A stretch of 17,563 nt of DNA from an uncultured Gammaproteobacteria bacterium (GTDB lineage Bacteria > Patescibacteriota > Microgenomatia > UBA8517): assembly GCA_964526015.1 (NCBI GenBank), contig CAZGHY010000011.1, positions 1-17,563 of the forward strand, written 5' to 3'. The notes beneath the pieces were generated by a model, which had not been told where the DNA came from, searched no databases, and was given only the letters and a program-made list of their open reading frames with translations. Below, piece by piece: positions 1 through 7,931 of the stretch; positions within the stretch are counted from its first letter, which is position 1, and every line of letters starts with the position of its first letter. A program made the position numbers and the translations under genes.

Positions 1-404
1 TAGTATTCTTCATACTCAATTCCCCTAATCTACACACCTATTTGTTAATCATAATAATTACTATGCGAGAGACACTTAATACATTGTACGAGGAGCAAGG
101 AATTCGACTTAATTAAAAGTAATGTCACCTTGCACGATTTTTATGGTTAAACTTACCTTAAAGGTATAGTGCCGTCACACAGTCCCAATGGGCTACCAAC
201 CAATGTAATCTTCGTCTATCCAACGGAATTTATGGTAGATATAGCGTCTCGCTTTTCCGCCATCGCTCATACAATGTACTAAATGTCTCTCTTTGTGTTA
301 TTAAATTACTTTATTTTCTTACTATTATCAATTTCTTTAATAAATCCTATTGCTAATAGACCTTCTACACATATTTTATACCAATTTTCTTCTTTCATAA
401 TATT

Positions 405-566
405 TTATTTAAAATATCCTCCCCAAAGTAATAGTCCTAGAGTTATTACAGTAGATAATAGTGTTAACCAAAAATTGTTAGGTGTTCTTGGTTTACCATG
501 TAAATATGCTGTAGCTAATAAACTAAGACTCATTAAAACTATTGTTATAATTGCTGGTGTTGACAT
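405..566 (-). CDS. small membrane protein, 53 aa (MSTPAIITIVLMSLSLLATAYLHGKPRTPNNFWLTLLSTVITLGLLLWGGYFK). Below the 60-aa cutoff of the ORF track.
   Basis: Found by translating the minus strand by hand. The ATG is at 566-564 and the stop TAA at 407-405. The product has two hydrophobic segments separated by a basic loop (HGKPRTPNN). It is co-oriented with the neighbouring genes and fills a gap that otherwise holds only an antisense-looking plus ORF. Confidence 0.35.
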   Translation of the reverse strand: MSTPAIITIVLMSLSLLATAYLHGKPRTPNNFWLTLLSTVITLGLLLWGGYFK

Positions 567-583
567 AAATATTTAGATTTAAA

Positions 584-955
584 TTAATAAAAACATGCTT
601 CCATTACTCCATCCATATAATAATCACTTATTGTACCTGTTTGTGTATATTCTTTTGCCATATCCATTAGTCCATCCATTCCGTATTTTCTTGATATGAA
701 ATCATACATACAACTACATTGAATATAAGTTAAAACCTCATTTTCAGTACATCCTTCTATAAAAGAAAGTTTGAAATCACTATTTGATTTTAGTTTACTA
801 GTAATTTCCTGTTGTCTTACTAATTCTGCTTGTTTCTTATCATTCTTTTCTATTTGTAGTCCCCAAATAACAAGTACAACAAAAATAACTACAATAGTTG
901 AAAGTACCGCTATTAATATACTACTATTATTTTTGAAAAATTCTTTTGTTTTCAT
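584..955 (-). CDS. hypothetical membrane-anchored protein (123 aa). It has an N-terminal TM helix followed by a Cys-containing soluble domain.
   Basis: ORF track. A hydrophobic stretch (ILIAVLSTIVVIFVVLVIWGL) is followed by a charged linker. Codon usage and orientation match the neighbours. Confidence 0.55.
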   Translation of the reverse strand: MKTKEFFKNNSSILIAVLSTIVVIFVVLVIWGLQIEKNDKKQAELVRQQEITSKLKSNSDFKLSFIEGCTENEVLTYIQCSCMYDFISRKYGMDGLMDMAKEYTQTGTISDYYMDGVMEACFY

Positions 956-1060
956 TTTAATTCCACAATCTTATTTAATGAGGTTAAGTGTTCCTCTTAA
1001 TTTTAATATAGATATTTTTGACAAAGTTTTGGTATTAGTTCTTCGTGTCAAATTCTCATA

Positions 1061-1171
1061 TTATTTGTACATTCCTAAATGATAAATAATTCCGTGTATT
1101 TGAAGTCCTAAAAATATAACTATAAATATTTCAAATGAATTATTGTATATATATTTAAATAATTTTTTCAT
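1061..1171 (-). CDS. possible small hydrophobic peptide (about 36 aa, MKKLFKYIYNNSFEIFIVIFLGLQIHGIIYHLGMYK)
   Basis: Internal ATG at 1171-1169 lies directly after the stop (1173-1175) of the upstream gene. The longer 61-aa reading of the ORF track overlaps the better-supported gene 1173..1400. Confidence 0.2.
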   Translation of the reverse strand: MKKLFKYIYNNSFEIFIVIFLGLQIHGIIYHLGMYK

Positions 1172-1172
1172 A

Positions 1173-1400
1173 TTATTTAATTCTTTGAGCATAAGCCTTG
1201 ATTTCTGATACATATACATCACCAATCTCACCTTCCTCACCAACAAATGGAGAAGTTACATCACACAACCAACGGGCATATTCTTTAGTATCGTCTGCTT
1301 GCCATTTTTTAAGAACATACCAAGTCCATTGTCCGTCTAATGTTTGCCATACCTCATAAGCATTCTCTCTTGTTACAGTTTTGTTACACAAGTTTTTCAT
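1173..1400 (-). CDS. hypothetical Trp-rich small protein (75 aa). It has a locally elevated GC content.
   Basis: ORF track. The ATG at 1400 lies about 27 nt downstream of the -10 of promoter module 1434-1479. The sequence is non-repetitive and W-rich (WQTLDGQWTWYVLKKWQ). Confidence 0.55.
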   Translation of the reverse strand: MKNLCNKTVTRENAYEVWQTLDGQWTWYVLKKWQADDTKEYARWLCDVTSPFVGEEGEIGDVYVSEIKAYAQRIK

Positions 1401-1433
1401 AAATAAATTAAATAATTAACCTTTAATATATTA

Positions 1434-1479
1434 AATATATACTATTTAGTTCATTTTGTAAATAAAATATGTTAATAAC
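1434..1479 (-). promoter_or_regulatory. sigma70-type promoter for leftward transcription. On the minus strand: -35 TTTACA (1462..1457), a 17-nt spacer, -10 TATATT (1439..1434). A GTTATTAACAT box lies upstream (1469-1479).
   Basis: Hexamers and spacing read directly from the sequence. The module is repeated at 8111-8167, 13788-13833 and 17022-17068. The spacer contains the near-palindrome ACTATTTAGTT. Confidence 0.6.
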
Positions 1480-1480
1480 T

Positions 1481-1512
1481 TGAAATGAAAAACCACCCAT
1501 TTCTAGGTGGTC
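1481..1512 (-). terminator. rho-independent terminator for leftward transcripts. Stem ACCACC/GGTGGT (1492-1497 / 1506-1511) with an 8-nt loop, then TTTTTCATTTC on the minus strand.
   Basis: GC-rich 6-bp stem followed by a T-tract on the minus strand. It sits immediately after the stop of gene 1523..2335. A near-identical hairpin occurs at 17080-17095. Confidence 0.6.
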
Positions 1513-1522
1513 TTTCCAATAT

Positions 1523-2335
1523 TTAGATATTTATAAAAGGTACTGAACTTCCTGTAACTTGAGGCAACACTCCATTCCATTTTTCTATAGCTCTAAGTTC
1601 AAGAACCTTTTCATTACTACTGATTGCATTACTTTCAATTCTTAATGCTTCTGCTCTACCTTGTGCAGATACAATAGCCTGTTCTTTTTCGTATTTGATT
1701 TGCTCTAGTTTATTCTTTGAAGCAAGTGCATTTTGTTCAGCTGTAACCTTTGCTTCGATAGCATCATTAAATGATTTTGAGAAGTCAAAGTTTATAATAC
1801 TAAAGTTTTCTACATTTATTCCACTAGAAGATAATTTATCACTAAGATGATTTTTAATTTCTTGACTTACAAGTTCACGCTTTGTAATAAGTTCCTCTGC
1901 AGTGAATTTTGCTGTAACAGATTTAACTGCCTCTTGAATTACAGGGTCAATAACTCTAACTTTATAGTCCATACCAACAGTTGCGTACAGATTTACAACC
2001 ATTTCAGGATTTAAAGTATAGTTTACTGCAACTTGAGAATTTACTGTTTGCAAATCTTTTGAAGCCGCACTTGATGTACTTTCTTCCTTTTGATTTTTTA
2101 CATCAATAACTTTTACAGACTCTATAAGAGGTATTTTAGTATATATACCAGCATCTATATAATTACTTTTTACTTTACCAAATTGAGTTTTTACACCAAT
2201 AGAACCAGAAGGCACAGAACCAAAAGTTCCTGTAAGAATAATAACTAATATAATAAATATTACTATATGTTTTATTATCTTAGGTATATTTAAATATTCA
2301 TTACCATTAATATCGTTTTTTACATAGTTAAACAT
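1523..2335 (-). CDS. SPFH/band-7 (prohibitin/HflK-C-like) membrane protein, 270 aa
   Basis: N-terminal TM helix (IVIFIILVIILTGTF), then an SPFH-like core (GSIGVKTQFGKV...IDAGIY...VKVIDV...). A C-terminal coiled-coil region is rich in A/E/K/Q (AEQNALASKNKLEQIKYEKEQAIVSAQGRAEALRIES). Confidence 0.65.
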   Translation of the reverse strand: MFNYVKNDINGNEYLNIPKIIKHIVIFIILVIILTGTFGSVPSGSIGVKTQFGKVKSNYIDAGIYTKIPLIESVKVIDVKNQKEESTSSAASKDLQTVNSQVAVNYTLNPEMVVNLYATVGMDYKVRVIDPVIQEAVKSVTAKFTAEELITKRELVSQEIKNHLSDKLSSSGINVENFSIINFDFSKSFNDAIEAKVTAEQNALASKNKLEQIKYEKEQAIVSAQGRAEALRIESNAISSNEKVLELRAIEKWNGVLPQVTGSSVPFINI

Positions 2336-2359
2336 AGTTATTTAGCAGTAAGTTGCAAG

Positions 2360-2623
2360 CTATTTAATCTTATTAAGAGTTTCTGAGTAAAGTTTAATTA
2401 GAAATTCTAATTCTTCTCTTTCTTTATTGCTAAATGAATAATGTGTTACTGAACTTGCAGAAAGTGCATCTATATACTGACCAGTTACCTGAAATCCATT
2501 ACTATATGCATCTAAATTTGGAATAGATGTATTAGAACTAAATAATAAAGGGTTTGCTTCCTGTTTTTTAGCATTTTCTATTTCATTTTTTAGATATGAT
2601 TGCCACCATCTATTTTTAGCCAT
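2360..2623 (-). CDS. hypothetical protein (87 aa)
   Basis: ORF track. Tightly packed and co-oriented with neighbours. Confidence 0.5.
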   Translation of the reverse strand: MAKNRWWQSYLKNEIENAKKQEANPLLFSSNTSIPNLDAYSNGFQVTGQYIDALSASSVTHYSFSNKEREELEFLIKLYSETLNKIK

Positions 2624-2626
2624 AAA

Positions 2627-3043
2627 TTAAATAATTACACCTTTTAATGTATTATATTCAAATTCTGATAGATTTTTAGGAATACTAGGAGAAATATAAG
2701 CCTCAACTTCAAATTCTTTTGAATTAAATTTATCTTCAAGTTTACGTTCTGCTTTTAATAGTTCTGTCATACCTGATTTTGAATATGCATAACCTCTATG
2801 TGAGTCTTTATCAACAATAAGGGCTTTTGTTTTTTCATCTTCAAGTGCATGTTCTACATATAAATCAGCAAATGCTTGTTGGTATTCCTTAGCAGCAGGT
2901 TGAATATTTTTTTCATTAAATCTCTTGTAAGCATAACCAAATTTACCATTTTTAAGTTCCTCATCTTTTTTATAAAGATTGCCTATAATAGCATCTATTT
3001 CTAGCAATTCTTTGAATGTTTTTTTGATTGTAATTGTTTTCAT
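2627..3043 (-). CDS. hypothetical protein (138 aa)
   Basis: ORF track. A 3-nt gap separates it from the downstream gene. Confidence 0.55.
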   Translation of the reverse strand: MKTITIKKTFKELLEIDAIIGNLYKKDEELKNGKFGYAYKRFNEKNIQPAAKEYQQAFADLYVEHALEDEKTKALIVDKDSHRGYAYSKSGMTELLKAERKLEDKFNSKEFEVEAYISPSIPKNLSEFEYNTLKGVII

Positions 3044-3063
3044 AATAATTAATTATAAACTAT

Positions 3064-3273
3064 TTAATTTAATTTTACTAATAAACTATCTATTTTTTTA
3101 ATTACAGATAGATGTACAACAGGTTTAAGTTTTTTAGTTGTTAAATTAAGTTTTTGTTTTAAATAACCTCTAATATTACTCTTAATGTTGACTCTACGCT
3201 TACCTGTAATTTCTTTTGGTATATTAGGAATTAATTCATTCATAATATATGTATATTTTTCTTCATTAGACAT
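3064..3273 (-). CDS. hypothetical basic small protein (69 aa)
   Basis: ORF track. It is Lys/Arg-rich. Confidence 0.45.
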   Translation of the reverse strand: MSNEEKYTYIMNELIPNIPKEITGKRRVNIKSNIRGYLKQKLNLTTKKLKPVVHLSVIKKIDSLLVKLN

Positions 3274-3276
3274 ATA

Positions 3277-3459
3277 TTATTCTTTTCCTAGTTTTACCAC
3301 GACCTTTGGAGTAACCAATTCTTGTTTTTTATAAATTGCTAAATACCACTGTTCATCAAAAATAAGTTCTTCTAAACATATTTCAATATTTGCTATGGTC
3401 ATTGAATAACCATATTCAGTCTTTTTCCAGTATTTTAGAGCTTCGTGAGTTGTAATCAT
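3277..3459 (-). CDS. hypothetical protein (60 aa)
   Basis: ORF track. It overlaps the upstream gene by 4 nt. Confidence 0.4.
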   Translation of the reverse strand: MITTHEALKYWKKTEYGYSMTIANIEICLEELIFDEQWYLAIYKKQELVTPKVVVKLGKE

Positions 3460-3854
3460 AATATCTCTTTAGAATTATATCTAAACTCGAATTCTTCAAT
3501 ACCAAATTCTTGGCAGAATTCTTGAATAGCTTTTCTTAACAATTTTTCACCATTTTGTACTTCCTGTATAGTCTTATCATCAACTTTTTCATTTATAAAC
3601 TTAATTTTTGTTCCATTTATTTTTGATGTTTCGTTATTAAAGAATTTGTTTGCCTTTTCTGACTTAATTGAACTTTTAACAGGTTCATTTAAAACCGCTG
3701 GCGTTTTCCTTAATAAAGCTATATCCTTTTCAATCTCTCCAAGTCTTTTAGCAATATTTAACATTAATTCTCTTTCTTCTTTATTCATATTATTTTCCAC
3801 AAGAATGCTTACCAGGTATGCAATCCTCATTACAATTATCATCAAATTCATCAA
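3456..3854 (-). CDS. hypothetical protein. The probable true start is the internal Met (MNKEERELM...) at about 3788, giving about 110 aa.
   Basis: ORF track. The longest reading overlaps gene 3790..4251 by 65 nt. The internal ATG removes that overlap. Confidence 0.5.
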   Translation of the reverse strand: MMNLMIIVMRIAYLVSILVENNMNKEERELMLNIAKRLGEIEKDIALLRKTPAVLNEPVKSSIKSEKANKFFNNETSKINGTKIKFINEKVDDKTIQEVQNGEKLLRKAIQEFCQEFGIEEFEFRYNSKEIL

Positions 3855-4251
3855 CCTCTACATCTTCAAATACTTCATCTTTTTTGATTTTAGAATTAAT
3901 TCTTAAATTGATATAAATATCCTCAATATCAACCATAATCATTTCTTTTTTATATAAATCACAAGCAAAATCAGTAATTGAAAAAAAAGTTGTTGGAATT
4001 GTATCATCTAAGATTAGACATTTATTTCTTACATCTTCAATTGTATCTTTATTAATAATTGCTATATGATTTGCCAATCTACCAGTAAAACCAAAGAATA
4101 CTACCATTTGAGTGTTCATTCCCATAGCTTCTACTGCTTTTCCTAATGCTTCTCTATGATTTAAACCACTTGAACGATATTCACCATAAGAATGTTCAAA
4201 CATTTCTTTGGATAATTTATTAAAACTGCCTATTAAATTACCATTAAACAT
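3790..4251 (-). CDS. hypothetical protein (153 aa) with an acidic, Cys-rich C-terminus (DDNCNEDCIPGKHSCGK)
   Basis: ORF track. It lies immediately downstream of the vWA gene in the same transcription direction. Confidence 0.55.
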   Translation of the reverse strand: MFNGNLIGSFNKLSKEMFEHSYGEYRSSGLNHREALGKAVEAMGMNTQMVVFFGFTGRLANHIAIINKDTIEDVRNKCLILDDTIPTTFFSITDFACDLYKKEMIMVDIEDIYINLRINSKIKKDEVFEDVEVDEFDDNCNEDCIPGKHSCGK

Positions 4252-4254
4252 AAA

Positions 4255-6270
4255 TTATTTTCTTTTAATTGTATTTTTTAATAATTCTGCAAACTCAATA
4301 GGTAATGTGCTTGCATTATTAACCACTCGACCAGTGCCATTAATTAATTTTTTCATGTCATTAACCTCATATCCATTTAATTCAAGACCAAATGCAATTG
4401 AACTTACATTATGTTTTTCTTTCCACGGATTGAAATATTCTCTGTCATAAAATGAAGCATCTCCAACACCACCATCAGTAAGAACAATAACAATTTTATT
4501 TTTCTCTGGTCTATTTTTAATTTTTAATATATCTAACCCTTGATTTAAATTTGTACCTCCAGTTGTTGCACCAATTAAACCTCCAATGGATTTTTCAATT
4601 TTCTTATCTGTTTGTTGTTCAAAACCTTTTATAATCTTACCTTTACTGTTAAATACTGCTAATTCAAATGGAATATTTAACTTTTTAAATACCTCATTAA
4701 ACAATACTAAAGCTCTTGCTGTATGAACAATACGATTACCATTCATACTACCTGAAATATCAATAAGGACAGAAAATGCAAATGACTGAATTGTGTCTAT
4801 ATTTTCAAGTTTTTGTTTAAATAATCTTTTACTACCAAAGACATGTTTTACCAATTTCTTAGAATTCAACTTACCTCTTTTTTGATTAGCCTCATATTTC
4901 ACAGTCATTTCTTCACGTCTTAGAAATGTAAGTTTATTAACCAATGTTTTTATTTCTTGTGATACAGACTCTTTGAGTGGAGTATATTCACCAGTTTTCC
5001 ATTCAGGTGGAATTAAATCATCAGTTGGCCCAGAACCTCCACGAATTTTGTTTTTCATTTCTCCATTATTAGGAGTCGCTTTTCCTTCTGAATAAATATT
5101 TTGATTTAAACTAGATTTAATTGCATTTTGAATATATTCAGCAATATTCTGTGCAATATCTTCAGGCATATTTGGAAACATCTTCTGTAATTCTTCTTTT
5201 TGTTGATGAAATTCTTTCATTAAATCTTCAACATGTGGAAAAACATCTGTTTGCATTATATCTAGAGTTCCTTGTGATGTTAATTGCTTTTTTATTGGTT
5301 CAATTGCAGGATAAGTTAGGTTAACTTTTTCCTCAATATTTTTATAACCAGTATTTGGAGTTTCAAGGTCATACATTACATGAGTAATATCTGCACAATA
5401 TTCAAAAATATTTCCATTATTTCTGTATTTAGTACACATTTCATTTATTCTTTCTTGAATAAGACTTAAATCTGATGTACCAAATTTTCTCATTAACATA
5501 ATTGCCTGTTCATTAGGGTCAGCAACCTGTCTATTTACTTCTCTATTATAAACATCTTTTATTACATTTATAGAAATATCTCTGAAAGCTTTAGCATGTT
5601 CTTTATAAATATCAATTTGTTTTTGAACGCCAGGGAGAGCACTTTCATAAAGTTCGGCAGCACTTTCGTAAGCCTTTAACATTTGATAGTCAACACGTAC
5701 ATCTTCAAAAGGATATAGAACCTCTGCCGCTGTTTCCTTATATACGGCTGTATAATCGTTTTTAAGCGTAGTATAATGGTCCATATACCGTAACTTACCT
5801 ATCTCATGTAGAAGTGTTGCTAGGAGCTCAGATTTAGTTCCATAGATAAGACTTGCAGGATTGTAAGTAAGTTTCTTTTTAATAAGGTCAACTTCCCAAG
5901 TATTACCAACTTCTAGGATAATATTATGTTGTCCAGCAAGAGCGTTTGCCATCTGTTGAACATACTTATAAGACAATTGAGGTGTTTTATAATAACTATA
6001 ACCTCCCCATACACCAGTTTTTTCATACTTAGTATAATTGTCGTTATATTCTTTTTTATTATCAGACTTTTTTGATGAACCTAGTTTTTTGTTCCAGTCA
6101 TCATAATAATCATCATAATCATCATAATATTCGTCAGTTAAATATTGTTTCTTTTCGTGTTGTTTTACTGAATTAGGAAATTGTAATTCCAAGTTATCAG
6201 TATCATCAATACTTTCAAAGACAGATTTTGTTATTTTAGATTGCCACCATTTTTTCTTTTTATTAGACAT
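4255..6270 (-). CDS. vWA (von Willebrand factor A, MIDAS) domain protein, 671 aa. CobT/NorD/CbbO-like partner of the adjacent MoxR-type ATPase.
   Basis: A C-terminal MIDAS domain is visible: DISGSM (DxSxS), TTGGTN, VLTDGG. An acidic Tyr-rich stretch (DEYYDDYDDYYDD) lies near the N-terminus. The gene sits directly downstream of the AAA+ gene, with a 26-nt gap. Confidence 0.75.
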   Translation of the reverse strand: MSNKKKKWWQSKITKSVFESIDDTDNLELQFPNSVKQHEKKQYLTDEYYDDYDDYYDDWNKKLGSSKKSDNKKEYNDNYTKYEKTGVWGGYSYYKTPQLSYKYVQQMANALAGQHNIILEVGNTWEVDLIKKKLTYNPASLIYGTKSELLATLLHEIGKLRYMDHYTTLKNDYTAVYKETAAEVLYPFEDVRVDYQMLKAYESAAELYESALPGVQKQIDIYKEHAKAFRDISINVIKDVYNREVNRQVADPNEQAIMLMRKFGTSDLSLIQERINEMCTKYRNNGNIFEYCADITHVMYDLETPNTGYKNIEEKVNLTYPAIEPIKKQLTSQGTLDIMQTDVFPHVEDLMKEFHQQKEELQKMFPNMPEDIAQNIAEYIQNAIKSSLNQNIYSEGKATPNNGEMKNKIRGGSGPTDDLIPPEWKTGEYTPLKESVSQEIKTLVNKLTFLRREEMTVKYEANQKRGKLNSKKLVKHVFGSKRLFKQKLENIDTIQSFAFSVLIDISGSMNGNRIVHTARALVLFNEVFKKLNIPFELAVFNSKGKIIKGFEQQTDKKIEKSIGGLIGATTGGTNLNQGLDILKIKNRPEKNKIVIVLTDGGVGDASFYDREYFNPWKEKHNVSSIAFGLELNGYEVNDMKKLINGTGRVVNNASTLPIEFAELLKNTIKRK
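6098..6131. repeat. imperfect tandem 9-mer (tcatcataa)x3 inside the vWA gene. It encodes the (D/Y)-rich tract.
   Basis: Direct reading: tcatcataataatcatcataatcatcataatattcg. Confidence 0.6.
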
Positions 6271-6296
6271 AAAAAAGTTTTTGATTAAATAATAAA

Positions 6297-7277
6297 CTAG
6301 AAAGGGTTAGGGATTGAAGATGCTGGCATTTGTTGTTCTTCCTCTTCATCTACATTTCCATTATTAACTTGTGAGTCTATAGATTTAAAGTGAAGAGAAA
6401 GAATATCTTTAATTGAGTCAAAGTCATCTGTTGGCACTTTATTTAGAATACTCATTTCTGCTGATTGTGTGTATTTCTTGTAAACATTGAATAGAAGTCC
6501 CCACATAATCAAGTCACGAGTTGATAGGACAAATCTTGTTTGTTCTTTAGCGTGGTTTACACGAATTTCTGCTGCAAATCTTACCATTCTTTCTGCAACT
6601 GTAGCATCAATACCAGTTCTATCAACAAGAATTTTTTGTTCTATCTTTGGAGCTGGGAAATCAACATTCACAACCATGAAACGTGACATCAATGCTTTAT
6701 TAAGTTCTTTTGTTCCAGCATATTCTGCAGGTGGGTTCATTGCACCAAAGAAACGGAAGTTAGGGTGTGGAATAACTACTTCATTCCCTTTTTCTGCCAA
6801 TAATACACGTCCGTCATCATCAAGTAGTGAGTGATAAATGAAGTTAATTTCTGCACTAGCAGCATTAAGTTCATCCGCCAAGAACCAGTAACCTTTTTTC
6901 ATTGCTTCAATTAGAATACCATCCATCCAAACTGTTTTACCTGAAGCGTCAATTATCCAGCGTCCAGCAATATCTTCAATTGTTGTACCTCCATTGTGGT
7001 TTACACGAACGAAAGCATTTTTTGTTTCTGCAGCAAGGTGACGAATTACAGATGTTTTACCTGTTCCTGTTTCTCCGATAAGTAATACAGGCATTTTATG
7101 AGCAATTGCTATTGCAATTTGTTCTGTAATCTTTTTGTTATCTTCGTAAGATATATCCTTAGGAACAAAAGCATCATCAACTTTGTTTTGATTAATTAAT
7201 AATGATGTTCTTCTTGAAATCTTAAACCATTTTGTTGTTTTCTTTTCCTTAAACAATACCTCTTTTTCTTTAGCCAT
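6297..7277 (-). CDS. MoxR-family AAA+ ATPase (CobS/NorQ/CbbQ-like), 326 aa
   Basis: Walker A GETGTGKT, Walker B WFLADELN, sensor-1 FFGAMNP, arginine finger ALMSRF. The C-terminus is acidic and ends ...EEEEQQMPASSIPNPF. Confidence 0.8.
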   Translation of the reverse strand: MAKEKEVLFKEKKTTKWFKISRRTSLLINQNKVDDAFVPKDISYEDNKKITEQIAIAIAHKMPVLLIGETGTGKTSVIRHLAAETKNAFVRVNHNGGTTIEDIAGRWIIDASGKTVWMDGILIEAMKKGYWFLADELNAASAEINFIYHSLLDDDGRVLLAEKGNEVVIPHPNFRFFGAMNPPAEYAGTKELNKALMSRFMVVNVDFPAPKIEQKILVDRTGIDATVAERMVRFAAEIRVNHAKEQTRFVLSTRDLIMWGLLFNVYKKYTQSAEMSILNKVPTDDFDSIKDILSLHFKSIDSQVNNGNVDEEEEQQMPASSIPNPF

Positions 7278-7289
7278 AAATAAATTAAA

Positions 7290-7529
7290 TTAATTAGTTA
7301 ATAGTGCGACAATAATATGTAAACCAAAATACAGACAACATAACCAAATAGTAAGCTTGGTAAATGTATCAAGTGATGAAACAGACTTTTTGCCTTGTAA
7401 TTCATCAATAAGTTTTTTTCTTTTTTCAGGGAACAATTCCTTATTCTTCATCTTCATTAGTACACTCTGCATCATTCCAACATTGTTGACATAGAGTATT
7501 ATTAGTTCTTGTAGCGACCTGTTCTTCAC
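7290..7529 (-). CDS. hypothetical small protein with a C-terminal TM helix. The true start is probably internal (about 7448), giving about 53 aa.
   Basis: ORF track. The longest reading overlaps the Zn-ribbon tail of 7441..7707 by about 89 nt. The Zn-ribbon frame looks like the real one in the overlap. Confidence 0.35.
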   Translation of the reverse strand: MKNRSLQELIILYVNNVGMMQSVLMKMKNKELFPEKRKKLIDELQGKKSVSSLDTFTKLTIWLCCLYFGLHIIVALLTN

Positions 7530-7707
7530 ATGCGATACAAACCTTTTTTTCTTCTTTTTTCACACCATTTAATTCGTTTAGTAAATTTGCAACATTTTCT
7601 TTACTAGGAATTATTTTTGATACATCAATACTTTGCATATAGAATGTTTTGTTCTTTTTCACTATATTGGGAAACTTGTGAGTAAACCAATATAGAAAGA
7701 AAGACAC
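7441..7707 (-). CDS. small Zn-ribbon protein (CIAC...CQQC) with an acidic C-terminus. The start may be the internal Met at about 7638 (65 aa).
   Basis: ORF track. Four Cys in a CxxC-N14-CxxC arrangement. Confidence 0.45.
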   Translation of the reverse strand: MSFFLYWFTHKFPNIVKKNKTFYMQSIDVSKIIPSKENVANLLNELNGVKKEEKKVCIACEEQVATRTNNTLCQQCWNDAECTNEDEE

Positions 7708-7710
7708 AAG

Positions 7711-7902
7711 TTAATTTTTAATAATTTCGTAAGCCACATAATCATTATCCTCAACAACCTTAATCATTATTCTATTAAATCCGTATATTTCTGATTTTTT
7801 TTCATCAATAACTACATTTGATAGAAGTTTTTTACCAGGGAACTGTTGTTTCAAATATTTTTCAACTTTTTCTTTATATTTTTCTTTTATTTCTTTTTTC
7901 AT
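7711..7902 (-). CDS. hypothetical protein (63 aa)
   Basis: ORF track. It is the first gene downstream of the promoter at 8111-8167, after a structured leader of about 200 nt. Confidence 0.5.
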   Translation of the reverse strand: MKKEIKEKYKEKVEKYLKQQFPGKKLLSNVVIDEKKSEIYGFNRIMIKVVEDNDYVAYEIIKN

Positions 7903-7931
7903 AAAAGTTTTAAATTAATTTTAATAAATTA

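Noticed and set aside
102-107. EcoRI sites (GAATTC at 102-107 and 8003-8008) as evidence of cloning junctions
   Set aside because: A 6-bp palindrome occurring twice in 17.5 kb is within expectation. The flanking sequence is continuous with phage-like DNA.
283-576. Plus-strand ORFs in the track. Most lie antisense to minus-strand genes: 771..1082, 3646..3906, 4208..4450, 5121..5324, 6487..6834, 10055..10360, 10132..10317, 10395..10691, 12092..12277, 15184..15399 and 16685..16927. ORF 283..576 instead overlaps the hand-found minus-strand small gene at 405-566.
   Set aside because: Their translations are low-complexity and rich in Leu, Phe, Ile and Ser, as expected from reading AT-rich coding DNA backwards. 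Most lie antisense to minus-strand ORFs that carry clear domain signatures. No promoter or context supports them.
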